The notes under the pieces were generated by a model. The model was not told the DNA's origin and did no database searches. It saw only the letters and a list, made by a program, of their open reading frames with translations. From the IMG/VR virus record IMGVR_UViG_3300023297_000003: 64,000 nt of DNA; one strand, written 5' to 3'. Positions 12,201 through 21,491 of the stretch are shown here, in pieces. The translations under genes and the position numbers were made by a program. Origin of the DNA: a virus. Taxonomy: Duplodnaviria > Heunggongvirae > Uroviricota > Caudoviricetes. How positions within the stretch are numbered: position 1 is the stretch's first letter; every line of letters starts with the position of its first letter.

Positions 12201-12908
12201 CCGGAGTTGATTCGCATCTGCGGGTCACATAAGGTTGTTGTCGGGCTCATCACCAACGGCAGTCTCCTCTGGAAAAATGCTGCGGAGCTTCAGGGGCTTC
12301 CCATCAGCTACCTTTCCGTGTCCTTGAATGCCACCACGGCGGAGGAGCACCAGGCCACGACCCGCACCGATTTCTGGCTCAAGGTATTAGAGGGGATCCG
12401 ATTAATGAGTGCCTCCCCGATCCGCTCGGGAGTGTCCTATGTCGTAACGAATAGCAATGCACACAGGATCCCTGCCCTCCTAGCTCTGGCAAAGGAACTT
12501 AGAGTTCAATTCGTACACCTGATCAATGTGTTGCCTCACAATGGCCCATTGGACAAGGACTTCTTGAACGACGTCTTAACCCCCAGATCTGACAAAGCGT
12601 TAGCGGAAATAGCACACGCCAAAACTTGTCCGGGGGCGGAATTGGTCGAGGTGTGGCCTGAGGTGATCCTGGGGCCAGAGGGTGCCCCAGGCAAATGTAT
12701 GTCACCGATGGTCTCTCTGGGGTTGGACGCCAAGGGAGCGATTTCGGGGTGCAGACGGATAGATCCCCCATCTGAGTCCTCCGGTAACATACGGCTCGGA
12801 GGTACTTGGCAGAACAACCACTATGCTCAACTGCGGCTGTCCGTAACGGGGGACCAGCCGAACGCTCACCCGGCGTGTCAGGGTTGCTTTGGAAACTGGA
12901 AGGGATAG
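9300..12908 (+). CDS. Multidomain GT2 + GT4-like + GT2-like + radical SAM/SPASM-like protein (about 1200 aa)
   Basis: THHRPQLL..CLDSL and LADDDD; HTSLSDTWPYLVMEA.YAGTPVV; YVQIDAD; CNFKCVFGTTPC, GFGEPLLHP, ITNG; C-terminal CMSP..SGC..CQGC. Confidence 0.85.
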   Translation: MKAAFLVATHHRPQLLRACLDSLQQQQGIPDGWDVEILVAGEAEDPGKEVAAEADVPYQVVADPKVTVKLNALVARTDAELVMLADDDDLQPPNRAAASIQAFLEGYEWSGTRNCYFYDMIHDCVTFWKGDKDGLVGTSMSYTTKLLREIRGWPPIPNGKDAKAAYRIRRLPRKPAHKDITSLLEGMPVCLQHGENIWDRPVLESERSMVRGRFIVTGKGNRATWAESEAKELLRRGLGVLDGTWVAPNPPKEAPKKISATPQVITPRPPPILVPQGNVPLTCVPGGAGQQAFTDGLLSIGFKAVSRAEADEALRSGQPVLFHGWWTGARKLCAYYPKLAHILWHSGFAGSDLMGEGGTLSEALRMSASGQGRFLWLETRDVLPVGATRMVPVWDSQRLQSLGRAPKKPGSVMVGFCGHYPSNAKNILACVAGATQTSGHLHLSTSSTLELRGAAVQALLVAAQSWKTYGVLSRGAAVKLVSSMDVMIHTSLSDTWPYLVMEAIYAGTPVVLCDTIRWVKDLPKWAQELCCVRPAIASDEIRRLTQHLLDHPADRIKLLHAQRELLDRLSLQYKAEATDILQGLGFPMMPQEPVPAAVTAPALSLSTPALVNPPVHPIRVNPPAHPAKESEMANGKQDLQNFVTVFVISSGEPSTPTCHKHLDNQDSLFLREDIRNVAPMWRAFQQMMDRCQTPYYVQIDADMLLDPSAIRRLYEKITTTKAAQYVGWLWDDDVHRPIQGVKIYNHAICKQYPYKEALSCEMGQNELLRTNGHEIVADNSPGRVRKETNGVWTEEYTRTAEIFGTHLASQTPEMAFVRWKRLMQKHRKLSWMGWLSKYPQMLMQEWLAEPGNEIRQAKFLGATVGLTGEQPEDKEMDFRAADQDYRRLASYVGEFSHGPREMTLYLTDKCNFKCVFGTTPCKRQTPEGVPQQGDITPATLTTALNRYPTIRGCCIAGFGEPLLHPQLPELIRICGSHKVVVGLITNGSLLWKNAAELQGLPISYLSVSLNATTAEEHQATTRTDFWLKVLEGIRLMSASPIRSGVSYVVTNSNAHRIPALLALAKELRVQFVHLINVLPHNGPLDKDFLNDVLTPRSDKALAEIAHAKTCPGAELVEVWPEVILGPEGAPGKCMSPMVSLGLDAKGAISGCRRIDPPSESSGNIRLGGTWQNNHYAQLRLSVTGDQPNAHPACQGCFGNWKG

Positions 12909-12910
12909 AG

Positions 12911-13945
12911 ATGAACCCGAAAGAAGCAGAGATCTATTTTGGTAACCACATCGAAGTGCCCCCTCACTGGCTCTGGTGGCAGGAAGGTGGCCTTGGAGTC
13001 AGGGCACTGGCCCTACACACCCGGTCCTCCGTTATAGAAGGACTCATCGCCGGAAAGGACCCTGAGGAATACACTCCCTCGGGTCATGACCGGGATCTGG
13101 AAGGCGTCAAGGAACTGTTGCGGTCTATCCAGACCAAGGGTTTCGATCCTAAGCAACGGATCAAGGTGGCGATCAATCCGCATGGTCAGATTATCATCAC
13201 TGACGGGTTGCACCGATCCTGCACAGCCCTCGCCCTGGGGTTGCCCAAAGTACCCGTGGAAGTTGTTTACCGAGCCTCGGAGTGGTGGCGTTTGAAGGAA
13301 GCTCTGTTTGCCCAGAACGGGGGTCTGAGCCTATACCAATGGGTGGAGCATCCCGACTTGTCTCTCTGGAGGGGATGGCGGAGGGACTCGGAATTCCGGG
13401 CTGCCGTCCTGGGGGACTACCTGGCGAAACATCTCCCAAACGCAACCTACGGTATGGATGTGGCGTGTAACTCGGGCGTACTGACATGCGGCCTCGCCCG
13501 GCGGGGTCACAGTATGGTCGGGATCGATCTCGACGCCAAGTGTGTCGCCACGGGCAATGCGCTGGCGTGGATGAAGGTCATCGGGGCCTGGTGTGACGAG
13601 GACAAGGCACCTCGGGCCAGCTTCCACAAATGTGGCAACATCCCGGACGTGACCGAACATCAGAAACGAACTGACTTCATCGTCTGCCTATCCCTGCTCA
13701 ATCACCACCAAGTGGATGGGCGGGATGAACAGGGACATGAGATCTTCCGGCGGTTGGTGGCAAAGGCTCCCACTGTGTTCCTCGACTGTCCTGCTCCCGA
13801 AGATCCCGTAGGAGGAAACTCCTCATTCGTGAAACCTGAAGCTGTCTTCGATTGGTGCCGCAAATCGGGGGCCGCTGGAGAAGGTTCTGTGGTCGCAGAA
13901 CGTGGTAGTGGATTGATGCGAACGCTGCTGGCATGGAAACGCTAA
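12911..13945 (+). CDS. ParB/Srx-like domain fused to a class I SAM methyltransferase
   Basis: LLRSIQTKGF..IIITDGLHR..ALALG; MDVACNSG, VGIDLD, IVCLSLLNH. Confidence 0.75.
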   Translation: MNPKEAEIYFGNHIEVPPHWLWWQEGGLGVRALALHTRSSVIEGLIAGKDPEEYTPSGHDRDLEGVKELLRSIQTKGFDPKQRIKVAINPHGQIIITDGLHRSCTALALGLPKVPVEVVYRASEWWRLKEALFAQNGGLSLYQWVEHPDLSLWRGWRRDSEFRAAVLGDYLAKHLPNATYGMDVACNSGVLTCGLARRGHSMVGIDLDAKCVATGNALAWMKVIGAWCDEDKAPRASFHKCGNIPDVTEHQKRTDFIVCLSLLNHHQVDGRDEQGHEIFRRLVAKAPTVFLDCPAPEDPVGGNSSFVKPEAVFDWCRKSGAAGEGSVVAERGSGLMRTLLAWKR

Positions 13946-13946
13946 G

Positions 13947-14990
13947 ATGACCAAACTGCGTGTACGCATCCCAGTGTCAACCATCAGTGACCGATCCCAC
14001 TCTCGACATCTGTTCGAAGCAATGGGTCGCTCTCCTCATCTGACACAAGTCGATGAGGGACAGTCCGCTGATGTCGCTTTTAATGAAGGTCCCGCAACCC
14101 TGAATGTTTTCCGTGTCCAAAGCGACCCTCATGCTTTGTCACACCTTCGGCCTGTTTCAGAGATGATCGTGGACTGGGCGGAACCTGCCATGACCCAAGC
14201 TGTGAAAATGGTCCCCACTCTCTCCAGTGCCTTCCTCGCTCAGTGGCTGCACTGGGTGAGAAACATAGATGAGCATCCTTTTCCCCAGAATCCTTTTCCC
14301 ACCAAGGGTAAAGGGTGGGACGTGATGACAGCCTGGATGACGGATCCTTACAAACGGATCCTCCAACCGGCTTCGGATCTCCCTTTCCTCCGGGTACCCT
14401 TCTGTGTGCCTGAATGGTTTTTCCACACAACCTTGGAGGAAGAGCGTCCCTTTGACGTGTTTTTTACCGGAGCCATAGGACGTTTCTATCCCATTCGAAT
14501 CCTTGTAACAAATCATCTCCGGTCTCGTGAGGCTAAGGACATCATTTTTAGATTGATTTCCACAACGCCCCGAGAGAAGACCAGCGATATCCCTGTTTTC
14601 GACAAGCACCAAAACTGGTATGCTGATTGTCTGAGACAGTCTAAAACGATCCTTTTTTGTGGGAGCATCATCAATGTCCCCGTTCAGAAGTTCTATGAGT
14701 CAATGGCCTGCGGATGCCTCGTTATGGCCCCTCTGCCCAAGGACGCAGCAATCAACGGGTTCGTGGACGGAGAAACGATGGTGGTCATTGACCACCTAAA
14801 TTACCTGGACAAGCTAAGATACTATCTGAAGAACAACACTGAACGGAGAAGGATCACTCGTAATGCTGCTCGGCTTATCCAACGAAACCACACCTGTTCG
14901 GCACGGGTCGGGTTGCTTACTGAACGACTCACCCAAATTCTAGACGGGGTGCCCGCAGAGGAAACCCCGGACGAGTTGATACCATGGTAG
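13947..14990 (+). CDS. Glycosyltransferase, CgeB-like (Glyco_trans_1_2)
   Basis: DVFFTG..YPIR; KFYESMACGCLV; FVDGE; YYLKN..ERRRI..NA..NHT..RV. Confidence 0.8.
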   Translation: MTKLRVRIPVSTISDRSHSRHLFEAMGRSPHLTQVDEGQSADVAFNEGPATLNVFRVQSDPHALSHLRPVSEMIVDWAEPAMTQAVKMVPTLSSAFLAQWLHWVRNIDEHPFPQNPFPTKGKGWDVMTAWMTDPYKRILQPASDLPFLRVPFCVPEWFFHTTLEEERPFDVFFTGAIGRFYPIRILVTNHLRSREAKDIIFRLISTTPREKTSDIPVFDKHQNWYADCLRQSKTILFCGSIINVPVQKFYESMACGCLVMAPLPKDAAINGFVDGETMVVIDHLNYLDKLRYYLKNNTERRRITRNAARLIQRNHTCSARVGLLTERLTQILDGVPAEETPDELIPW

Positions 14991-15799
14991 GAGAAAATCG
15001 GAACATCGTCGATAAGATCAAGGGAGCACAGGACTTCCTGACATCGTCCCGAATATGGGATCTCTGGCGGGCACATTACCCTGAGTTCACCTATGCTGAG
15101 CACCGTGAGATCTGGGACACACTGTACCCCAAACTCAAACAGCAGCACTGCGCTGACGTGCAGTGGTTCCTCCGGTCCTTCCAACAACTAAAGGACTGGG
15201 GGATGGACCTTTCTCAGGCACGGGTCGTTGAGTTCGGCTCCTATGATGGGTGGCTGGCAGCAGAGTGTATGAGGGTCTTCCCCATTGCAGGGTGGACCGG
15301 GTACGAAATGGTCCCCTACGCCGTTCAACAGACGAGCCCAGAGGCCATCGGACGAGGGGTCCTGAACATCGCTGCGGACAAGCCTCTTTGGGAGATGTCC
15401 GATATGGGAACATTCGACATCTTCGTATCCTCCCATGCTATAGAACACATCTCCACTGAAGACTGCCTCGCTCTCCTGGACTTTGTGTGTGCCCGCAGTC
15501 AGGTGATGTTGGTGGAGATTCCAACTCTTGCGCCAGGTCAGACCTGGGACGGGGCGATCTCATCCCACATTCTGGACCTGACCCAGAGTCAGTTCGTGGG
15601 TGCCGTCCACGCTCGCTGGCTCGCCCGGACTATACCGGAGCCACTCCCGAACGTAACAGGGGATAAGGCAGCGATTCTCAAACTGATGGGGCGGGAGAAG
15701 GTTCTCCAACCGAGAGTGCTGCACCGGGACTCTGATCTGACAGCGGTATTGGGGAGCAGTCTTCTGAAAAACCCGCATCTGGATCCCATTGAGGTTTAG
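14984..15799 (+). CDS. Class I SAM methyltransferase
   Basis: VVEFGSYDG, WTGYEM, FDIFVSSHAIEHI. Confidence 0.8.
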   Translation: MVGENRNIVDKIKGAQDFLTSSRIWDLWRAHYPEFTYAEHREIWDTLYPKLKQQHCADVQWFLRSFQQLKDWGMDLSQARVVEFGSYDGWLAAECMRVFPIAGWTGYEMVPYAVQQTSPEAIGRGVLNIAADKPLWEMSDMGTFDIFVSSHAIEHISTEDCLALLDFVCARSQVMLVEIPTLAPGQTWDGAISSHILDLTQSQFVGAVHARWLARTIPEPLPNVTGDKAAILKLMGREKVLQPRVLHRDSDLTAVLGSSLLKNPHLDPIEV

Positions 15800-15824
15800 G
15801 ATGATCAAACCTCAATGGGATCCA
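15780..15824. repeat. 18-bp perfect inverted repeat with 9-nt loop
   Basis: TGGATCCCATTGAGGTTT aggatgatc AAACCTCAATGGGATCCA. Confidence 0.9.
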
Positions 15825-15898
15825 AACCCCTACAGTGACTGCCTCGCCCCTTCGGGAAGGATTTGGGGTGCGACATCTAAGTCACAAAGGATGAACAA

Positions 15899-16525
15899 AT
15901 GAGGATAGATGAGGCCATTGTGCATGTCGGCGGAGGCAACCCCAAGGAGTGGGCTGTAGCTTCCGAACTACAGTTCAAAGTCCTGAGAGACCACGGACTG
16001 ACACCTTCGTCTTCGGTTTTGGAGGTGGGTGCCGGATGCCTCGGCCTTGCCCGTTTGCTGGTTCCCTACCTGAATGAGGGGGGGTACACCGGAATCGAGC
16101 CGAACGAGGACGTAACGGGCGCTGTGGCCCCCCTGGACCCGGATCGGGACACCATCCTGCTGACCTGTTCCGATTTCGACTCATCAGAGGCAGAGCGGAC
16201 CTTTGATATCGTGTTTGCACACTCCGTACTGACGCACATTGGGGCACCCCAGTTACCTGAGTTCCTCCACAACATCCGGCCTCATTTGCGGGAAGGTAGC
16301 CTCATCCTGGCATCCTTACGCCTTGGGGAGAAGGACACCGCTACCGATACTTGGACGTATCCCAGGGCAGTCGAGTTCAGCCTTGAAACGCTGGAAGCGA
16401 CGTCTAAGCAGGAGGGCTACACCGTTGAACTGCGGAGTGCTATCCGTGACAAGTGCGAAGCAGCGCTGCCTCGGATGTTCCACGACTGGGTCCTCTTCCG
16501 TCCGGTGGCACCCGCATCGGAGTAG
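15899..16525 (+). CDS. Class I SAM methyltransferase
   Basis: VLEVGAGC, YTGIEP, FDIVFAHSVLTH. Confidence 0.85.
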   Translation: MRIDEAIVHVGGGNPKEWAVASELQFKVLRDHGLTPSSSVLEVGAGCLGLARLLVPYLNEGGYTGIEPNEDVTGAVAPLDPDRDTILLTCSDFDSSEAERTFDIVFAHSVLTHIGAPQLPEFLHNIRPHLREGSLILASLRLGEKDTATDTWTYPRAVEFSLETLEATSKQEGYTVELRSAIRDKCEAALPRMFHDWVLFRPVAPASE

Positions 16526-16544
16526 GAGAGCAAAGGGGGGATCC

Positions 16545-17357
16545 ATGTCACAGCTTCTGGGTGGACTCATCGGAAACGGTTACGTGGGGGGTGCTGTCCA
16601 CGCTTTCCTACGAAGCAAAGGCTATATCGTCCGGGTACACGACACCAACCCGGACAGATCTACCTACGCCATGGGGACGGTCAAAGAGTGTCCTTTGATC
16701 TTCGTCTGTGTCCCAACCCCGACTGGGGAACAAGGTCAGGATCTGAAACACGTCTACGAAGCCTTCCGCCACCTCCAGGGGACGAGCAGCATCGTGGTGC
16801 TGAAGAGCACTGTGTTGCCGGGGACGTGTTTCAAGCTGGCCTCCCAGTTTGATCTTCCGAACCTCGTGTTCAGCCCTGAGTTCCTGACCGCCCGGACTGC
16901 GGACCAGGACTTTGCGTCACCGACCAGCATAATCCTCGGCACTGAAGGCCCACAGCCGCCCACTGTGGGCCTTTTCCAGGAACTGTGGCCGGACGTACCG
17001 ATCCTCCAGATGACGTGGGAGGAGGCCGAACTGGTGAAGTACGCCCGTAACACGTTCTACACTACCAAGGTGGCGTGGTGGAACGAGATGTATGCCCTGT
17101 GCCAGAAACTCGGCGTGACGTTTGACAGGGTGAAGCAGGGCGCTCTGGCGGGAGGTTGGATCAACCCTATGCACTGTGACGTGCCTGGACCGGACGGGAA
17201 GCTCGGTTTCGGGGGTGCCTGCCTACCCAAAGACTCAGAAGCCCTGGTGGAGTTCGCCTTCGCCAACGGTGTCCAACTGTCCATCCTAGAACAGGCACTG
17301 AAAAGCAACAAAAGGCACCGGCTAGGGGATATCAGTAATCCCACCCAGCAAACCTGA
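16545..17357 (+). CDS. ugd: UDP-glucose/GDP-mannose dehydrogenase family, lacking the C-terminal domain (270 aa)
   Basis: IGNGYVG, FVCVPTP, KSTV.PGT, SPEFL, AE..KY..N, GFGGACLPKD. Confidence 0.85.
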   Translation: MSQLLGGLIGNGYVGGAVHAFLRSKGYIVRVHDTNPDRSTYAMGTVKECPLIFVCVPTPTGEQGQDLKHVYEAFRHLQGTSSIVVLKSTVLPGTCFKLASQFDLPNLVFSPEFLTARTADQDFASPTSIILGTEGPQPPTVGLFQELWPDVPILQMTWEEAELVKYARNTFYTTKVAWWNEMYALCQKLGVTFDRVKQGALAGGWINPMHCDVPGPDGKLGFGGACLPKDSEALVEFAFANGVQLSILEQALKSNKRHRLGDISNPTQQT

Positions 17358-18652
17358 AGGATGATCGAACGGGTCAACCTGTGACATTGCGATGGCAGCG
17401 GCGACGCCGTTGACGTATTCCTGGAGCCACCGTAGGGCCTCCTCTATGCCTCTCATATCATTGATGTCCTGAAGGGCACGGATGGGCTGGTGCCCCCGCT
17501 GGTCAACCCACCGGAAGCGCACCTCATTGCGTCCTGTGCCCACCTTGTCCTTGTGATGCATCTTGGCCGTGACCACGGTGAAGATGACCTCGAAGTTCCA
17601 GACCCAGAAGGCCACCCACACCACCCCAGCACTTTCGGTCACATGTATGTCAACACCGGGGAAGGCTTTCTCACAGGCCGTTCGGAGGGCTGTAGGAGTG
17701 ACGGGCCTGGGAGTAGGAGGGGTCTTCGCCATGCCTTACCCTACCCGACCCGGATTGCTCCGAGTCGGGTGGTCGGTCGTTACACGGCCTGGGACAGGTC
17801 CACCGTGATCTCGGTCGGGCTGACCGTGACCTTGTAGTACTTCCCGCAGGGGAAGGGGTTGGCCTTGTCGCCGCTGGAGAACAGTACACAGCCTTTTTCC
17901 GAGGAGATGTTGCACGCCTTGGCCCCGATGCCGGGATCCGTCAGGGTGACAATGACATTGCTGTCGGTCTCCACCTGGACGAACACCGGCTGGCCTGCCC
18001 GGATGCTGGTCCCGCTCATGTGGCAGAGGGCCTCGAAGATCCCCCGCCCCAGGTGCATCCGGGGTTCCTGGCGGGTCTCGGTCCGCACGGAGGCGACGTA
18101 GTCGTCTGCCTTGAGCTTGGAGGCCGCTCCGGCGATGACCACGTTCTTCGTGTACGCTGCCTGGGCGTTGGCGTGGGCAAGGGTACCGGGTGCGCTGGCG
18201 GCGCTGGTCGTGGTCAGGGAAGGGGGAGGGGCGTCCGCCATCGTCTCCATCCGTCCCTGGTCCCAGCGGGGGACAAAGATCTCGAACTCGTGGGCGTCGC
18301 AGGCATCGGTGTTCGGTCCGTACACGAACACCTCGACACCCGGCTCGGTCCGGTCCGGATACAGGCCCACCGTGAAGCGGCTGCGCTGCACCGGGGAGCA
18401 GGGACCGTTGCCGTTCCCGTACTGCGGGAGGGTGTCCCCGTAGAACAGGTCACGCAGGTAGGAACCGAGGATGGTGGTCCTGAAAGCGAAGTCCGAACGA
18501 TGGACCCGCAGGACTGCGGTGACCTCACCGCTGGAGTAGCAACGACCTGCTTCCGCCCAGAGGGCAAGAAGGTCCTCCACTGCGGTCTTCCAGTCGGGGG
18601 AGTTGGCGATGGCGTCGGCGTTGCGGGTGTCTTCGATCTCGATTGCACTCAT
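17322..18652 (-). other. Two hypothetical ORFs (17780-18652, 17322-17732)
   Basis: Downstream of a promoter-like motif; AGGAGG RBS. Confidence 0.7.
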
Positions 18653-18713
18653 TTGGTGCCTCCTCATTTGGTTTCAATCCATGCACCCTCAGCGAGTGCA
18701 ACTGCTACCTTGT

Positions 18714-18741
18714 CTACTCCAACGGTCCTGGAGATGATCCT
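18714..18741 (-). promoter_or_regulatory. Promoter-like motif AGGATCATCT-N12-GAGTAG
   Basis: Motif match on the minus strand upstream of ATG 18652. Confidence 0.7.
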
Positions 18742-18783
18742 TTCTTTTGGCTCCGTGTCCTCATTGCGTCCTCAAAGCGTTCA

Positions 18784-19359
18784 CTAAATCAGGGACCAGT
18801 CAGCGATGCAGCAGGGGACCGCCCGTGTGCCAACTTCGTACTGGAGGGCATCCGGTGCCCACTCCATCGGCCCCAGGGACGTGGCCAACATTTCCTTAAG
18901 GGATCGTGCGTCCGCATAGGTCAACCCCTTGAAGGTGTCAGGCTGTACCAAGCGGGAACGAAGCTGCCCCATGTCCGAGTTATCATCCAGGATAGCGATC
19001 TTCAGCGTTTCCGGTTCCGGGTGATAGGTGCGGAGGAACCACTGGATCTCCATCCCACGCCCGGCAGTCCTGTGAAGTTCAGCATCATCTAGATGGATGA
19101 CAGGAGTCCGTCCGATGATGGGTGCTGTGAGACCCTTGTCACCCAGCATATCGACCAGTTCGTTCATGTGCCACAGGTGCCTCCAGGTAGAGGAGATCAC
19201 CACAGCAGCGTCCACAGGGGCCAACACTCGCTGGAGCCTGCGGCATAGGACCGGGTCGAGATGGTCCCGTCCGAGGTTCAACCGTTTCGCTTTCTTGAAC
19301 CAGGAGGTGCGGTTTAACACTCCATCGATGTCCAGGAAACATAGGGTGTCGGGGTTCAT
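18784..19359 (-). CDS. HAD phosphatase, Swiss-army-knife RNA-repair-like (HAD_SAK_2)
   Basis: FLDIDGVLN, VVISSTWR, AILDD. Confidence 0.85.
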   Translation of the reverse strand: MNPDTLCFLDIDGVLNRTSWFKKAKRLNLGRDHLDPVLCRRLQRVLAPVDAAVVISSTWRHLWHMNELVDMLGDKGLTAPIIGRTPVIHLDDAELHRTAGRGMEIQWFLRTYHPEPETLKIAILDDNSDMGQLRSRLVQPDTFKGLTYADARSLKEMLATSLGPMEWAPDALQYEVGTRAVPCCIADWSLI

Positions 19360-20316
19360 CCTGTCTTCTTCACGGAGGCCCCCCAGCCGGGACGGGCCAA
19401 AACTGAGCGGATTTCCCGTTGCCTGGTCTTCGGGTGCATCCGGTGCCGGAACTGGTGCCATGCTGTTGCCGGGATACCCTGCACGTTCTCGTACACGGTT
19501 CCCATGTACTGCCAGATTTCACCACACTCGGGGTGCTCGCAGGCAATGGGATCCGCTTGGCCCAGGTTGATGTCCGCTGTCGCCAACTGGTCCCAGGCGT
19601 AGTCCCACTCGGGGGTGCCCTGATCGATGAAGTGAATGCTCATGTCGGTTCCTTCGAGACCTTCAGGAAGCTGTCAGGAACCTCGACGGGGTCAGCCGTG
19701 AATCGGATGTCTCCCTTTACGAGAGGCGTCCCCTCCTGCACCGAGCGAATCTCTTCCGGGGTGAGCTTGAACCGAGCTTCCCCCTGCCAGTCCAACTCGT
19801 AAGAACCCCATTTGTCCCCGAACTTTCGCTGCACATACCAGTTGTAGGCGGTTGCCATCGTCAACTCTCCTTATGCGTTCCTGTTATTGGATTGGTGTCC
19901 GCCTGCAGGGCGTAAAGTGCCCACTCTCCCCCAGGGGAGGTGACGTAGCCCTCACCATCACAACGGTCACAGTCAACTTCGTCCCCCTCACAGGAACATT
20001 CCCGTTCACTTTCGTTCACGGTGCCATCTCGTACAAGGTAGAAGGTGTCCTCACCGACCTTGTACTTGGATGGCCACACCGTGCGCTGGAAATGACCACT
20101 GTTGGGGGCAAAGGCATACAGGGGGGCTGACAGTCCGAAGAACTCCCGGCGGCTGTGATGATCGTCATCCCCGACGACCCATGGGATGTAGTCTGTGTCC
20201 GGATCCTCCCAGACTACGACACCGAGGTTCCCGAGAGCTTCAGGGGGTGGCTCAAAGGAATAACCCCCTCCGTCAAGGTCGTAACCGATGTTGCAGTAGC
20301 GGATTTGTTCCTCCAT
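19356..20316 (-). other. Three small hypothetical ORFs (19861-20316, 19640-19864, 19356-19643)
   Basis: ATGA overlaps, downstream of a promoter-like motif. Confidence 0.7.
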
Positions 20317-20335
20317 TACGCCCTCCTCACTTCAG

Positions 20336-20402
20336 CTACTCTGGACGCCCGCCAGATGATCCCTGTAACATTGCGGGATCATCTCGCCGGGTGGCGGAGT
20401 AG
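20336..20402. promoter_or_regulatory. Divergent pair of GGGATCATCT-N12-GAGTAG motifs (20336-20363 minus, 20375-20402 plus)
   Basis: Two exact motif copies back to back between divergent operons. Confidence 0.8.
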
Positions 20403-20445
20403 TCAGTGTGAACGGGGGCAAATGACCCCACTACAGGAGGGCACG

Positions 20446-20823
20446 ATGGATAAACCGCAAGTGAATCAGATCGTGGAGAAAGCGAAGGAAGCGATGAGCG
20501 AACTGGCGGCAGCCCTTGGGATACAGATCATCTATCGGGGCGGACGGTACGGTGAGGACACGCTTACCGTGAAGTTCGAGTTCCAGGAGATGACGGCCCA
20601 CGCTGATGGTGCCTCCGATGCCGTTCCCGCTGCCTTCGCCCGCACGGCTCAGATGTTGGGTGTCCCCACCGACAGTTTCGGCAAAACCTTCAAACAGGGG
20701 CAACGCACCTACACGGTGGTGGGCCTGAGCACCCGACGCCCCAAGTTCCCCGTGTCCGCCACCCGTGACGATGGCAAACAGTTCAAGTTCCCGATGCATG
20801 TGTTGAACCGGGTGGCAGTATGA
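20446..20823 (+). CDS. Hypothetical phage protein
   Basis: AGGAGG RBS; first gene after the motif. Confidence 0.7.
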   Translation: MDKPQVNQIVEKAKEAMSELAAALGIQIIYRGGRYGEDTLTVKFEFQEMTAHADGASDAVPAAFARTAQMLGVPTDSFGKTFKQGQRTYTVVGLSTRRPKFPVSATRDDGKQFKFPMHVLNRVAV

Positions 20824-21491
20824 AGGCCCGTGACCCCAGGCTCCCAGCGGCTGGTGTCTTCCTCACCAGGGATTTCAAGGGGGCCAACGTCCTGGTTCAG
20901 GTGCTGGAGGACCACTTCATTTATGACGGGTCGTCTTATGGCTCCCTCTCCAAGGTCGCCTCCGTCATTACAGGGAAGGCATCGATCAACGGCTACGCCT
21001 TCTTCGGGCTGACGGACACGCAACAGCGAGAACCCAAGCGGAAAACCGCAGCGGACAGGCCGGTGCTGGACTACCCCAAAGGTTTGGACTTCAACGTGAA
21101 GGACCGAGTACATCTGACAACACTATATGGCAAAGTCCACGGGATCGTCAGTTGGTACACCACGGGGCGGGGTTACAACATCCTGACGTGCAAAGGCGAT
21201 CGCAACAGCGATGTCGACAACCTCGAACTGGTCAAGGGTGATCGTTCCGAGCACGAGATCCTGGAGAACATCACCGAGTGCTACGATGGCCTGTCCGGGG
21301 AACGCCTCACCTGTGATGGTGAAGCGTCCGCTGCTCACATACGCACCCAAAAGTGCAGCCTCAACCGGATGCTGATCTACCTGTTTGGAGAACTCGGGCG
21401 GAAGGTCACCGAAGACGAGGCATACGAGTGGGCATCGGTCCACTCCAAGGTGAACGCAGCGGTAGACGCAGCGATGGACGCACCCCGGTGA
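20820..21491 (+). CDS. DUF2924-like winged-helix domain protein
   Basis: G..LTRDFKG..V.V....FIYDG..YGSLSKVA..ITG...NGY.FFGL. Confidence 0.7.
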   Translation: MKARDPRLPAAGVFLTRDFKGANVLVQVLEDHFIYDGSSYGSLSKVASVITGKASINGYAFFGLTDTQQREPKRKTAADRPVLDYPKGLDFNVKDRVHLTTLYGKVHGIVSWYTTGRGYNILTCKGDRNSDVDNLELVKGDRSEHEILENITECYDGLSGERLTCDGEASAAHIRTQKCSLNRMLIYLFGELGRKVTEDEAYEWASVHSKVNAAVDAAMDAPR

